Source: Callorhinchus milii (taxonomy: Eukaryota). From it: a DNA stretch of 64,000 nucleotides. The position numbers and the translations under genes are program-made. Location: contig NW_024704743.1 in assembly GCF_018977255.1 (NCBI RefSeq), positions 37,512,001-37,576,000 on the forward strand. Reading direction: 5' to 3'. Positions 49,665-63,205 of the stretch are shown here, in pieces. How positions within the stretch are numbered: the first letter of the stretch is position 1; every line of letters begins with the position of its first letter. Under the pieces are notes generated by a model. That model had not been told where the DNA came from, did no database searches, and worked only from the letters and a program-made list of their open reading frames with translations.

Positions 49665-49979
49665 GGAGTCCTGGATGTGGAGTCCTGTAGCTCAGTGGTT
49701 AGAGCACTCGCTTTGCAAGTAAGACACCTGAGTTCAATTCCAGGCGAAACCTTGGGCAAGTTTCCTTACTCCACACGCCTAATAATAATCCCTCCAAATC
49801 GAAACGATAATAAATTGGTCATTTTCAATCCACGACTGTTTGTGGGACACTGCTGTGCGCAATTGGCTGTCGCGTTTCGCCCACAAATATACGGTCAATT
49901 CACTTTACAATCTATTCTGTGAAGCGCTTTGAGATGTCTAGAAGATGTAAAAAGCGCTATATCAAATGCAAGGATTACT
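49665..49979 (+). mobile_element. Full-length tRNA(Ala)-headed SINE, short subfamily, with duplicated 5' GGAGTCCTG
   Basis: ggagtcctg-gatgt-ggagtcctgtagctcag...; ATAT flanks. Confidence 0.95.
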
Positions 49980-50694
49980 ATATTGACCAAATCTGCCTTT
50001 CTTATCTAGAGGAGCTTCTCTTGCTGAGGCGACAGGGCTCCCAGTACATCCTGTAAAAGCAACTTTGAGACATCCATCCCAATGTAAAAGACCTTACATC
50101 AAATGCAAGAATTATTATTAATATTTTATTTAATCCTTTCTAAACCCTAAACTCCATGCTAATTATCCTAACGGCATCTGTGATAAAACATCTGAAGCAA
50201 GGATCAGTTTGAGAAAAACAGTTCTTGTTGTACTTTTAATTCACCTGAGACAGCTCCCCCCCATTTGTCTTCCACATTTAGTATTCATACCAAACATAAA
50301 CTCTTCCTCTACCTGAGAGTCAGCACAGTTTCCTTGATATGAGCCACATTGCGCAGCAGGTAACTGCAACACCAGGCAGGTTATTAATACACATTCTGAA
50401 TCCTGGCCACCCGCCATGTGAAGAAGGACTAAATATCATATTTCCTCATGTCCTGTTTCTCCCAGCAGGTTTTTCACCCGCTGGGCGTAAAGCGCTTCTT
50501 CCTGAGTAGCGTGTCAATTAGTGCCAGCAGAGTTCAGAGCCAGGCAACCTCATTTATGCAGGTCAAATTTCATTAACACCTGATTCTCCTCTAATCTCTA
50601 TCGTAACTGGAGAGGCTACAGAATGCCAGGCTACAGTGCCACTCGTTTCCTCTCAGTCACTCAATAGAGAACAATGCCCACCAATACAGCACAG

Positions 50695-51050
50695 ATAACA
50701 ATAAGAATTCTTGTATTTGATATAGTGCCTTATCCCATCTTCAAGACGTCTCAAGGCGCTTCACAGAAAATAATGTAAAGTGAATTGACTGTATATTTGT
50801 GGGCAAATCGCGGCAGCCAATTGCGCACAGCAGTGTCCCACAAACAGTCGTGGATTGAGTGACCAATTTATTATTATTACCTTTTTGAAAGGGATTATTA
50901 CCCCCGGAAAAGCAATCCGCCAATCGACTAACAATCGAGTTCCTACTTACTGTTAGGTAAACAAAGGCGTGTGAAGTAAGGAAACTTGCCCAACGTTTCG
51001 TCCCCTACCGGGAATCAAACCCAGGTCTCTTGCTTGTGAGATGAGTCCTC
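50695..51050 (-). mobile_element. tRNA-headed SINE, long subfamily
   Basis: Reverse complement of the long consensus. Confidence 0.9.
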
Positions 51051-51109
51051 CAAGACCCCACTGACCTTACCAACCGCTGTATCCACCACTTCCCATCTAG
51101 CCTGACACT

Positions 51110-51505
51110 GGTACCGTGCTGCAGGAGCCCTGAAATGTCAGACGTGTCATTCTTTGAGACATTAAACCAAAGTCCCATCTGCCCTTCTTCAGGTGGATGC
51201 TAAAGATCCCATGACTCTAATAAAAGGAAATAGGAGCTCTCTTGTCATCCTGACCTCCAGATTAATTGATGATTTACCTCATAGCTATTTGTGGGACTTT
51301 GCTGTGTGAAATAAATTGTTGAATTGTGCTGAAAGAATGCAAATTCTTTCCATCTTTTGCTTGCCTCACTGAAAATAAACCAGCCTTCATGAAAAAATGC
51401 AGAATGCAGTAATTTTTCACATATTCCCCCACAAAATACACAATCACTTCACCAACATGCACATCAATACACTAGAGTGAATCCGGTTATGTGCTTTGAG
51501 ATTAT
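51110..51505 (+). mobile_element. Deu-type SINE, partial and interrupted
   Basis: ttaaaccaaagtcccatctgcc..caggtggatgctaaagatcccatg. Confidence 0.72.
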
Positions 51506-53029
51506 TATTACATTCAGATACTATTGTAGTCTCACATTCTTAAGATGTAAACTTGTGTCTTATTTATATCCATTCTTCTCTTTTCCTTGAATCATTCAAA
51601 AATTGAGAGCAATCCTGTCCCCCCCCTCCCTCCCTCCACCCAAGTAAAAAACAGAGTAGTCTGACATCACATCCATATAGTGTATATGGTTGATCTCCAA
51701 AATATGCATCTCTTCATTATAAGATAGACTTGAATTTCAGTTGGCATTTTTATCTCCATATTAAATGTTTCATGTGAACATTATTTACTGTCAAAAGTTG
51801 GAAAATGCTGCTATTGTAAACAACTCACGTTATTGTTCCTGCAGTGATATAGCCAGTTCTGAAGGTCAAGAGTGGTAAAATGCGACATTGACAAAGTCTG
51901 CCCTTCTGATTCAGAGGAGCTTCTCTTGCTGAGGCGAGAGTGCTACCAACTGAGCCAGGCTCACACCTTTTTATATTTCAAGAGCTATGAAGTGGAAATG
52001 TGATGTGTCATATATGAGGCCTAAAATTCCACATTTGCATGTAGTCTTAGTAATAATCCTTGCATTTGATATAGCATCTTATAACGTCGTCAAGATGTCT
52101 CAAAGCACTTCACAGGATATACTGTAAAGTGGAGTGACTGTATATTTTGTGGGTGAATAGTCCTAAACCTTTTATCTGATCCTTAATCGTGAAAAGTTCT
52201 TAAATTGAATTTTAATTTGGCAGCCCTTTTTTATGAACTGGGAAATGATAATGGCTCACAGATGAACCCTGAATTGAAGATTTTTAATGTTAAATCTGTT
52301 ACGAAACATTGAAAGTTTCACCCCTTTATTAATAGCATCAATACCCAGTTCTAGCTGCTACCCTTCACTTAACATCATGTTGACAGATGAGAGATATCAT
52401 GCTTTTGAACGTTTAGTGAGATGACATGAAACTTGCTGACCTCATTGCTTTTTAATACATTTAATGCATTTACAAACTCAAGCAGATCCTTGCCTAAAAA
52501 GTGTAAGTGGTCAGATGGACTTTGAACCTTGTGCGAGATGCCTTCACTCCAGGAGTACAGTGAAGTTTAGTTCAAAAGCTGATGAAGGGGTCTAACTCCA
52601 GCAAATGTTTAATTCTGCAGTTAGATGGGAAATTGCTTTGTAAGTGTGGAACAAAAGGTTTGGTAGCATTAGTGAACAGCAGATGTCAGGTCCCCATGTC
52701 TTTCTATATAGCCTGTATGACTCTTCCTTTCACACAGAGGGTTTTTCACATAGAGGGTTGTTGGGATGTGGAATGCTCTGCCATGCCTTTGATCTGTTAT
52801 CTTAAATATGTTTCTAAATCCACACTAAGTACCTTTTTTGGCACTCTAAATCTGCATGCACAGTACGTTGTATGAAGCTCCAGCCTGCGTCGAAGAAAAG
52901 GAAACCATCAAAGTGGAGCTGTAAGGGTTACTTGGAACGAAACATGAGCTGGCTACAGATAATACTGCAAACTTTTTTGTAATTTGTTTTCTGTTCATGA
53001 AGCGATTTGAAAGCTCTCTGACATAGAAA

Positions 53030-53185
53030 GCAGAATGTTTCCCTCTGGGGAGAGAGTGTGCATTCCTTTCCAAACAGGAATTTCAATGTGTAGGTGGGAT
53101 GCACGGAATTCTCAGTCTGGTTTGGATACTCTTAAGCATGATGGTGGGATTCCACATCCATCAGACATCTGGCTGACCCCCCAAA
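53030..53185. repeat. Unclassified interspersed repeat, partial copy
   Basis: gagagtgtgcattcctttcca..gggatgcacggaattctcagtctggtttggatactcttaagca..tcagacatctggctgacccc. Confidence 0.75.
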
Positions 53186-54744
53186 AATATCTGGTCCCTT
53201 TTTTGTAATGCAAATGGGAATTAGCTGCAGCAAGCAACATTTCAGGTCCAGCTGGTTATTTTATAACACACATCACAGTATATTCAGCTCTACCTGATTG
53301 ATGCTGCTGATTTAGAGAAAACTGCCCTCTTCCCTCTGTTGCTGCACGTTTCGCCCACAAAACATGCCGTCAATTCACTTTACAGTATATTCTATTAAGT
53401 GCTTTGAGATGCCTAGAAGACGTGATAAGGCGCTGTATCAAATGCAAGGATTATTATTATTATTATTGGAGAAGATGCTGTTGACTTTTCACTTCAGTTT
53501 TACACTCAGAAGCATTAGCTTGACGTGCATTATGAAAGCTTGATGCGGAAAGAAATAGAGGATACACTCAGCTCAGTGAGAACTTACTCAGACATTCGCA
53601 CAAAGCCTGAAATTTAGATTGGGGATTCATATAGTGACAATGACATTGTTGGCCTCTCATGGGATTTTCCCATTGTCATGGAACATTGTAGAATGAGTCA
53701 AATTTAAACCGTAAAAATGTTTTGATGAAAAAAGATGAAATCCATGCCAGAAAACACAGAGTGTGGTTGAGGATGATAGAAACACCCATTTCATAGAAAC
53801 ATCCGTTTATGTCTCAGCCCACTGTAACAAATGTGGGAAAAACATAATGTGTTGATATCTGCAATCATCACCAGTGTCAACAATATCTGAAGTACATTTG
53901 GTGGAGGCTGAGTCACCAGTGACATGTCTTTGAAGAGCACTTCCTTACAGAACTGCTCTTTTGTAGCAGGAAAAGTGAATGAGTCATGGAGTGTATCTTA
54001 GAGGCTTAATAAAAGCTGGATACAGAGCTAATGCTAACATCAAGGGCCATTAGAGCATATAGAAGAAGTCAAAATGCAGACCATCATCAATTAAACTGAA
54101 AGCATATTCCTTTAATGACATACAGAGTCAATAAATATCAGTCCAGTACAAAAGACAGACACATATAGCATTGCATTATTGTTATCTGCTGATGTTCAAC
54201 CAATATAAAGTCTTAAGGATGTGAAAGAAAGCAATCAATGAAACAAATGTTGGTTGTAGCTACTGTTGAGAATTCTACACGAGAGCAGAACAGTATTTTG
54301 TGATTTATTTCAATGTCTTAGATATTTTAATGTGATAAGGCACTGCATGTAATACACGTAGAGAATGCTAGTAACGCAAGTTTTCTTATAAAGTGGGGAC
54401 CCTATGGACCCACACAGGACAGCTTCCAGATTCCTAAAAAATGTCCGACTTCTGCTTCACATATGCAAATCACAGGAAGTGACATTGGTGGTGATCTGAT
54501 GACCTGGAAATCATCCATTTATTAATCCAGGAAGCCGACCGGCTACAATTCTAGCCATAAGGACATAAGGGGTCTCCTGGGTCCCAGAAGCACTTCAGAG
54601 TAGAGCAACGGGGATGGTCCCTAGTGTACAAGGAATGAGCTATGAGCTGGGCCAGTAGAAAAGTGCGTTTGCACTTTTTCTGCGGAATCTGCCACAAACA
54701 CCCTCCTCCACTACAAACCCGCTATAAATGTAGTGTTTGTCCTG

Positions 54745-55222
54745 CGGGCCTCAGCGCTGTTTACCTGACGTCACTGTGGGCAGGATGGCTCCGGATGTGC
54801 ATGTGCGGTGCAGTGCAAGTGGCTCCCCATCACCAAACGAATCGACTTCAAGATCCTCACACTCTGTTCAAATCCCTTCACTCCCTGGCTCCTCCCTCCC
54901 TCTCCGACCTCTTCACTCCCCAATCCACCACCCGGCGCCTCCGCTCGACTGGCACCAGCCTCCTGCTCGTCCCTCACACCCTCCCACCACCATCGGAGGT
55001 CGCGCTTTCAGCCACTACTCCCCGAGACTTTGGAACACTCTCTCTTAATCCCTCCCCCTTGCCCCCTCCCTCCCCTTTTTCAAGTCCCGCCTAAAAACCT
55101 TCCACCTCGACTGTGCTTATGGCCATCTCTGCCCCCCGGATCGGAGTCAGCCTCTGCCACCGTTAAGCGCTCTGAGATGCTACTCTGCGCGGAGGGCGCT
55201 ATATAAGTGCAAGTTGTTGTTG
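54745..55222 (+). mobile_element. L2 LINE 3' fragment (second tail type)
   Basis: [30 protein letters not shown] across frames; tail GCGCTCTGAGATGCTACTCTGCGCGGAGGGCGCTATATAAGTGCAAGTTGTTGTT. Confidence 0.88.
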
Positions 55223-55805
55223 ACGCTGAACTCATTTAAAAAACAGCTATAATGTGGCATGGGATGCTGCCTTGCGTGAGGAGCACTATATAAATGCAAG
55301 TTGTTGTTGGTAGGCTAGTTGTTCTGGAAAGATGAAGATCAGATGGCCAAAAGGCCTCCTTCATTGAAACTAATTTTGTAATCTTGCAATCAGTGAGGCA
55401 GAAGCAATGGCCAGCGATCACACCCTGTTTTAAGGCTGTTTGGGATTTCATGAACCCTGACAGCTGCGATGCTTGATAAGAGATTTCATGAGATAATGCA
55501 TTAGGAAACATCAGAATTTCACGCTGCCCTCTCTCCCCCTCCCAAGTATGGACGATTCCATTTTTTATCCCTATGAATCATTTATGGCTAATACACAAGC
55601 ACAGTCATAACTTTATCGATCTACATTCTGATATGAAAATGGTGATAGATTTGAGTTAAAGTGGCTGCTAACAGCACTGTGGTATGTATATTTGCTGGTT
55701 GCTTTGAGCAAGTTACAAACAACTTGAGTATCGGTGAATGGAAGATGCAAGTTTGTAATTATAATGCAATATGCAAATCTTGGAAAGGAAGATTTTTTGT
55801 TGGAA

Positions 55806-56190
55806 GCCTGGCTGAGTTGGTAGCACTCTCACCCACGAGTTGGAAGGTTGTGGATTTAAACCCCACATAGGAACTTTGAACTCACAGTGTCGGATGACAT
55901 TATAATGTGATGCTGCGGGGAGGGAGCACTGTATCGTTGGAGTGCCACACATGTTCAGATGGATGTTAAATATCCCATGGTGCTACACAAAAAGAGAATA
56001 AAGTTTCTCCTGGTGTCTTAGCTACAATCCTTGGATAATATTGTCCATTCACTTCATTGCTGTGCACAAATTGGCTGTTGAATTCGCCAGCAAATATACT
56101 GAACAATAAATCCTGTGAAGTGCTTTGAGACATTTTGACGATGTAATAAGGCACAGTATGAAATGCAAGGATTATTATTATTATTATTTT
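55806..56190 (+). mobile_element. Deu-type SINE
   Basis: gcctggctgagttggtagcactctc..gttcagatggatgttaaatatcccatgg. Confidence 0.82.
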
Positions 56191-56904
56191 AATTGACTTT
56201 ATCCCCATGTATGGAATCGTCCTGTGCTGCACTCTGTCCTGAGCTGATAGGCAGCTTGGAAACTTGCTCCCCCATCTCAGCCAATATTTTGTGGTGAAAA
56301 GCTACAAAGGAGCATTTGGGAACAAGCCACAGAGAAGAGCAGACTGCTGCTGGTTTTCCCTCCTGTGTTCCGGTGGGAAAGAACCTGGTCTTTATCCTCA
56401 GACCTAACGTGCCATGATTAATATTGTCAAATTGCCATATGGGGGAATTGCCGTCACTAATCTGGAACCTGCGACTCCAGGGCACCTGATAGAAGGAATG
56501 TTGCCAATGGCAGTCCAGGACATGTTTGTATTTTAAATCTCATTGATTTAGTGATGTAAAAGGAGCCAACTTGGCATTCACTCTCCAGAGAGATGAAGTG
56601 GAGGTAGTGTGATGCCAGCCTGCTTTGAACACTGTTGTGTGACCTGAGATCTTACAGATTTGGAGCATTGTGAACTATATAGGTTGAGGACTCCACTGTT
56701 AACTGGACAAATGGCACCAATGAGGTAAAATTCCAGCTGGGTCTATATTTATTCTATTAGCATAAGAATAATAATAGTACTCTATTAACTTAGCATTTTA
56801 GGAAGTCCAGAATTTGGCAAATTGTTGAATTTTTTTTTAAAAATTCAGTTTAAGGCTGTATTTAAGAATTTGCCAAATTCTTTATTCCTTGAAATGATAC
56901 GTTA

Positions 56905-58260
56905 ATAACAACAACAACAAAATTACATTTGTATGGTGTCTTTTGTCAGGAGGTCGACCTAAGGCACTGGACAGTCAGTGTTTTGGACTCGAGCTGGGGG
57001 TCGGGGTTAGGGAGGGTGGAGGGCAGGGGTGGGAAGTAGAGTGATCGAAAGTATAGTCGAAGAGGAGGGTCTTGAGATAGATCTTGAAGGAGGCAAGGGA
57101 GGGCGCGAGGGAAAGGGACTGTGGGATGGAGATCCAGAGCGTGGGGGCAGAGGGGCAGAAGGCCCACCCACCAATGGTGGGGCGGGCAAGGAGGAGGACG
57201 TGAAGCAGGCTGGAGCCCGCTGAGCGGAGGGTGCGCACAGGAGGGTAAGGGTTTAGGAGGTCACAGAGGTAGGGGAGAGCAAGACCATGGAGGCTTTGAA
57301 GGTGAGGACCAGGATCCTGAACTGTATCCTCTGTGTGATGGGAAGCCAGTGGAGTTGGGTGTGGATGGAGGGATAGGGTCACGGAGCCTGGTTCGGGAAA
57401 GGACACGGGCTGCAAAGTTCTGGATGATCTGCAGCCTATGGAGGGAGGAGTTGGGGAGGCTGACAAGCAAGGAGTTTGCATAGCCAAGCCTTGATGTGTG
57501 TATAAGGGGTTCAGTGGCCTGTGGTGCGAGACAGTGGCCAGGCGATGTTAACGGAGGTGGAAGGCAGAGAGGGTCATGGCACAGATGTGGGGTAGAAAGG
57601 ATAGTTGAGGGTCAAACAAGACCCCAAGGTTCCGGACTGGCTCAGTAAGGTAGAGTGTGTAACCATGGATGGTGATGCTGTCAGCGCCTGAGGTGAGGAG
57701 GCACTGACGGAAGCCAATCAGGAGAGCCTCGGTCTTGTTGACGTTCAGCTGAAGAAAGTTCTCTCTTCCAGAACTTCTGACAGACATTCTGTCAGGACAG
57801 CAGTGGTCCTGGAGTCCAGGGTGGAGGCAGAGAGGTACAGTTGATTGTCATCCGCATACATGTGGAAGTTGACCCCATGTCTGCAGATGATGTCACCAAG
57901 AGGGAGCATATAGATATTGAAGAGGAGCGAAGCTGGGAAGCAATGACTCATTCCAGGACTTTGGAGAGGAAAGGGAGGTTGGAGATGGGGCGGTAGTTTG
58001 AGAGCAGGAATGGATCCAGGGAAGGTTTTTTAAGGATGTGAGTGATGACGGTCATTTTTATTGGGGTGGGAATGGTACTAGTGGACAGGGAGAGGTTTAT
58101 GATGTCTGTGGGTAGAGGGGCAAGGAGGTGGAGCTGGGAGGTAAGGAGAGGGGTAGGAATGGGGTGGAGGGAGCAGTTGGTCGGTTTCATGCAGGTTATA
58201 GTGGTGGTGAGAGAGGAGTAGGAGGCAGATTCGAAGGTAATAGAATAAACTGAGAGCCAG
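56905..58260 (-). mobile_element. Degraded L2 LINE with an internal deletion in the RT domain
   Basis: Minus-strand [16 protein letters not shown] is joined almost directly to [11 protein letters not shown]...YADDNQLY...RNLGVLFD; (CAA)n tail at about 56905-56920. Confidence 0.9.
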
Positions 58261-59495
58261 GTGGAATTTCTAGCCTCTAGTACTTTATATGGCTTTTGCT
58301 TTTTAAAACAATTTATGTCATGATGCAGATTTTCAGCTAGCCTAGTGTGGCCCAATTGACTGAATCCCCATCATTTTAGTTTGGGTTAATTGGCTTTTTG
58401 AAATTAGTTACTTTATTCTGTTGAGCCTGCGGCGAAGCACAGGATTGAGTGGATAGGCTTTCTGCAGTGTTAGTTATTACATTCTGAAGGAACAGTACCA
58501 GCACATTTTTTTGTGCCATCCTGTATTTCCAATGTAAGATTGTACAGTTACAGAAGCTGCAGTTCCGCTCGGAGAAAGCCCTTTCAAGAATGAAACAAAC
58601 ATGTTCCCAAGGCATGGATGAGACAGCTATAAGTCCTCTATTTGACTTGAATTGCAAAAACAGAGCTAGAACCTCAAGCGGGAATATAATTTAGCAGATT
58701 TAGTTTTCCCCACAGAGTTCATGGATCTGGTGCATTAGACGCCCAACAAACTCACTTGATACTGAAACAGAACTGGATGAGTACTGTATTTGCCTGAGCA
58801 CAGTATTGGAGGATATAAGTATAGTTACCAGGACAAGCAAATACTCCCCAGAATGTACCAATTTCTGTACCTGGACATAGAAATAATGGCTGTTGAGGTT
58901 AGGACCATAAGAACAGGATTAGACCAATTGACTATCAAGCTTGTTCTGCCATGTTTGTTCATGGCAGCTGTATCTTTTTAATCACATGATCACACCTTCT
59001 TTTCATATAACCTTAGTGATAGTGCCCCATGTGATTAGATGACCTGCTGTTACTCATTGTTTGGGCTTACGCCTGAAGAACACGATTAGAGTTAACAACA
59101 ACAAAATTACAATTGTATAGTGCTTTTCACGCCGGGAGTTAAAGGTACCAGAAGAAGTAAAGTCAGGATGCTAATGTCTTCTTGAGAGTGGGGCCAGATT
59201 TTGCTCTTGCTTGACCAAGTTTTCTTCCAATTTTTCTGCTCCTCCTTTCCTGAAACAATTTGCTTTTCTTTACCTCTTTACCTCAATGTGCTTTCACAGA
59301 TAAGAGTTGCCCTCTGGTACCTCATCCTAATGGCCTTTGTTCACATGTGAGCTTTAGCAGTAAGGATTGACAGGCATTGTAACCAAGCCAATTGTGGTAC
59401 CAACTATTACTATGGATGAGCTCAGTTAACACTGTATTTCACATCTGCAGAGCGAATATGGTTTCATAACAGATGCCTACCCAGTAGTCAGGTTC

Positions 59496-59567
59496 CCATG
59501 ATTGAATGGCGGGGCAGGCTCAAAGGCCGAATGGCCTACTCCTGCTCCTACATGTTATGTTATGTTT
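59496..59567 (+). mobile_element. Very short young CR1 3' end
   Basis: Near-identical to 26125-26194 (ttgaatggcggggcaggct..aggccgaatggcctactcctgctcctacatgtt). Confidence 0.85.
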
Positions 59568-59751
59568 CCAACCAGTTGATCGCTGCTAGGTGACTTCTTG
59601 TGCATGCTCAATAACAAACAAGAAGCAGAACCGATATTTACTGCAGTTAAACAAAAAAGTTCAGATTTTTATTTGCAGATGCATGAAATTCTTTGTGCAT
59701 TAATTGGGCTAAGTATGTACGCAGTTCTATCTTTTTGAGCATGTTCGACAT

Positions 59752-59766
59752 CGCCATCTAGTGGCA
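59752..59766 (-). promoter_or_regulatory. Candidate CTCF site
   Basis: Minus strand TGCCACTAGATGGCG matches the CTCF core CCAC(C/T)AG(A/G)(T/G)GGCG, in non-repetitive sequence. Confidence 0.5.
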
Positions 59767-61005
59767 AACGACTGGTTAGAGACACCTGCAGTTGACCAAG
59801 GGGGAAAGTTTCTTAAATCATAAAAAAATTATTATCATTTAATTTTTGGCATGAAGTATCAATTGACACTGCTGCATAGATTAACAAAGGCAGCGCTTCA
59901 AGGTCCTCTACTGTCAATGATTGAAGTTCAGTCCTTGATCTTTTCAGTTCCTGTGCTGAATATTATAAAGTAGGACTGAAGAAACATTCTTTCATTCACA
60001 CTGTTTGCTCACTTATCAAAAGCATATGATAATTTCACAGTTTTCAGCTCTGGTCCTCAAGGGGAATGGTCCTCCTATAACAAGTGCAGTTGCTAGGAAG
60101 CAATACTTATTTCAGATGCTGTCAGCCAGTCAAATGTGATGATCCCCAGTGGCCTTGAAAGTGTTTAAAGATATCTATTATACCATAGCTGTGGTAAAGA
60201 CTGCACCAAACTGCAGTTGGAGCCATCAAAATGGCTTTTCATCTTTGCATTTATATCACAGTTGCCATAAATTAATGGAGCAAAAAAAAAGAATAGGTAC
60301 CTGAAAATCATTAAACAATGTACCTTTTGAAACACCCTTCAGATTCCTGATGTGTGAATAAAGTTTTGAATTGGGTTCAGTAAGATCCTATTTGAAAAGT
60401 TTTAAATTCATATGTGTTTAACCACTTTGAATTAAAGTTATCACAAATGCACAGCTTTACATTTAAATTCCTATGAACGCTATTCTGTATTTTCCTGTTT
60501 TCTGCTGCCTCCATCAACAAACTAAAACAAGCGAACACTGTTTTACCAGTGCCAGTCATGATGCCAATTGCCTTCAACCTCCATGACAATTTTAACTATC
60601 CTTTCACGTTGGGTCATTTGGAATATCCTTCTATCTTCCCTGAAATTAGCTCAACACTGGCTGTGTAATTCACACCCATTTCCAGCAGAATATTACAATT
60701 ATCTTTACAAATTCCTAAAATCTCCAATTTGAATTATCTGGATGTGAATGAGGTAGACATCCCTTCCCCAAAGCAGCACTGCAATCCATGGGGCAAAATT
60801 TTCAATGGTGAGCAAGTTTTGCTTTGGGTCCCTAGTATTCTGATGGAGTCAGTGGGGATCTGTCACACCTGGAACCAGTGTTTTGCTGTCCACCGGTGAT
60901 AATGAACACATCCCATATTGCTGTTTTCGCTCTTTCACTATTCCAGTTTTCACTGCAAAAGAAACTGACTGATTGGCCAAGGCTAGCAGGTAGTCTTAAG
61001 ATTGG

Positions 61006-61385
61006 TAATAATAATGATAATCCTTACATTTGATCAAGTGCCTTTCATGTCAGAGGGACGTCTCAAAGCATTTCACAGGATCTACTGTAAAGTGTAGTGA
61101 CTGTGTGTTTCGAGGATGAATGTGGCAGCCAGTTTGCACACAACAATGTCTCACAAACAGCCATAAAGTGAATCACCATTTATTTGGGGATTATTAGCTA
61201 GGTACACCAGGAAAAACTCCCTTCTCTTTTCGAATAATATCATGGGATCTATAAAGCCCACCTGAACAGGCGTAAGGGAGAGTGGTTTAATGTTTCATCC
61301 AAAGGACCATACCTATAACAATGCAGCACACCCCCAGCACTGCATTGGAGTGTCAACTTAGAAGATATGAGTTCCAAGTCCAGAA
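61006..61385 (-). mobile_element. Deu-type SINE
   Basis: ggaaaaactccc..catgggatct..cacctgaacaggc..ggtttaatgtttcatcc..aatgcagcac. Confidence 0.82.
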
Positions 61386-62744
61386 GTGTATCAGATTTTT
61401 GTAACAAGTTTCACTTTTCCTTTGCACAACGTCACCTGAGCTCCTAGGTTGGATTACATAGAATGATACAACCATTTGGCTCACCTATTCCATGCCAGAT
61501 TACTGTAATGTCCTCCCCACCCCTCCCTTGTATCATCTGTGTAGATACAGCCAGGAAAAGTAGGAAATGTGGTGTTCATTTTTAGCATGGTTCACAGTAT
61601 ATTCAAATACAATGAGTCCCACAATACTTCCAAGGTAACGCAGGTAATTTGGGATTAGAAAGAGAAACTGAATTGATTGACCTTTTTTTGCAGAGATCAG
61701 ACTCAGAATTGATTGAGGTGTCAATTTACAGGTTGTTAACATATCAGACACAGCACGTTGGAGGGTTTCAGCGGACTAGTGCACCGGATTGGTTTCATGG
61801 GATGTGAATGAGCTGCCATAGGACAATTGCAAGTGATCAGGGATGTGGTTAGGTCTCATCTTTTTGACCTCAAGTTCGGACACCTCCCCCCCTCCCCCCC
61901 AGCTGTGTGAAGTGCTTTGTTATATATATCCTACCATTGTGAAATGTAAATTGTTGATATCTGAGAGAGAAGGAGAATCTTCTACGAACAAGCTGTGTTA
62001 GGCACGTAGAGATGTGCTTGGAGATAGAATGGACCATCTTGTAAAGGGATTAACTTTCATGTCGTGATTTTTTTCCTGAATGTCTATCCCAATTTCCACA
62101 TGACATAGCAAAGGCAGTGCAACATGTCATTATTTGAGCATTTCAAAACAAAATCTAGATCGATATCTACCTTGAAAGTTATGTGTCCCTTTATGTCGTG
62201 CATCTCTGGATCTTTGGGAAGAAACCTGCGAGGTAGAATCTTTGGTGTTACTATTTTAATCGCTGTTTTCTACCCAGGCAATTCGAAGTCTAATTTAAAG
62301 TTCCTGTAACAGTTCCTGTGAGTCACTGTAGCCCAGAGCGTTTGCTTCTTATGTTGTCATGGCAAAACAACTCCCACATGCTTAGAACAACGTGAATGAT
62401 GTCACTCGAACATCACAGAAGACCTTCTGCTCTCGATCACTATAGCTGGGTCTCACTGGGCCTGATCGTCATGTAAAGAGTGTGTGATATCTAACGTAAA
62501 CTCACAATCTCATCCCTTATGCACTTTTCTGTGGCGTCCCACATTGGGGGTAAGCATTACATCCAGGAGCTCTCCTGTGTGTATTACCAACACCAGCAGC
62601 AGACACTATTTGTGTTTGCATATTTGTTTGTACGATTGTTATAACATTTTAAAAATAATTCTTTTTTACATAAGAAAAGAAACAGTAGCACTTACCAAGC
62701 TATGCAATAAGACAAGCCATTTGGCTTGAGAGTACAGACTATGT

Positions 62745-63205
62745 AGAAAATGTGCCCATGATATTGAAACCTCTTGAGGTGCTCCCCAGGTAATTGTTGC
62801 CAAGTGTATGGCTGCGCATTGGTACACAGTGTGTGGCTGTGCATTGGTACACAGTGTGTGGCTGTGCATTGGTACACAGTGTGTGGCTGTGCACTGGTAC
62901 ACAGTGTGTGGCTGTGCACTGGTACACAGTGTGTGGCTGTGCACTGGTACACAGTGTGTGGCTGTGCACTGGTACACAGTGTGTGGCTGTGCACTGGTAC
63001 ACAGTGTGTGGCTGTGCACCGGTACACAGTGTGTGGCTGTGCACCGGTAGACAAATGCAGGGCCAATTTGTGCACAGGAAAGTCCTATAAACATCAATGG
63101 TGAACAATCAAGTTATCTGGAGGATTCTTGGCCAGAACACACTTTTCAAATGGCATCATAACGACTTTAATGCCCACTTGAACAAACAGACAGGACCTTG
63201 GATAC
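62745..63205 (-). mobile_element. Old Deu-type SINE hosting a 25-bp minisatellite
   Basis: gccaatttgtgcacag..ttggccagaacac..ctttaatgcccacttgaac..acaggaccttgg. Confidence 0.65.
62802..63049. repeat. 25-bp minisatellite, 9 full units plus partials (GGTACACAGTGTGTGGCTGTGCAYY)
   Basis: Head-to-tail units counted directly at 62821-63045. Confidence 0.98.

Noticed and set aside
49169..49759. 196-aa minus-strand ORF
   Set aside because: Spans antisense SINE, unique sequence and antisense CR1 pieces; a mosaic with no coding signal.
62802..63049. CRISPR-like array, or Cys/His-rich repeat proteins in six frames
   Set aside because: Units are head-to-tail with no unique spacers and there are no cas genes; the ORFs result from a stop-free 25-nt unit.
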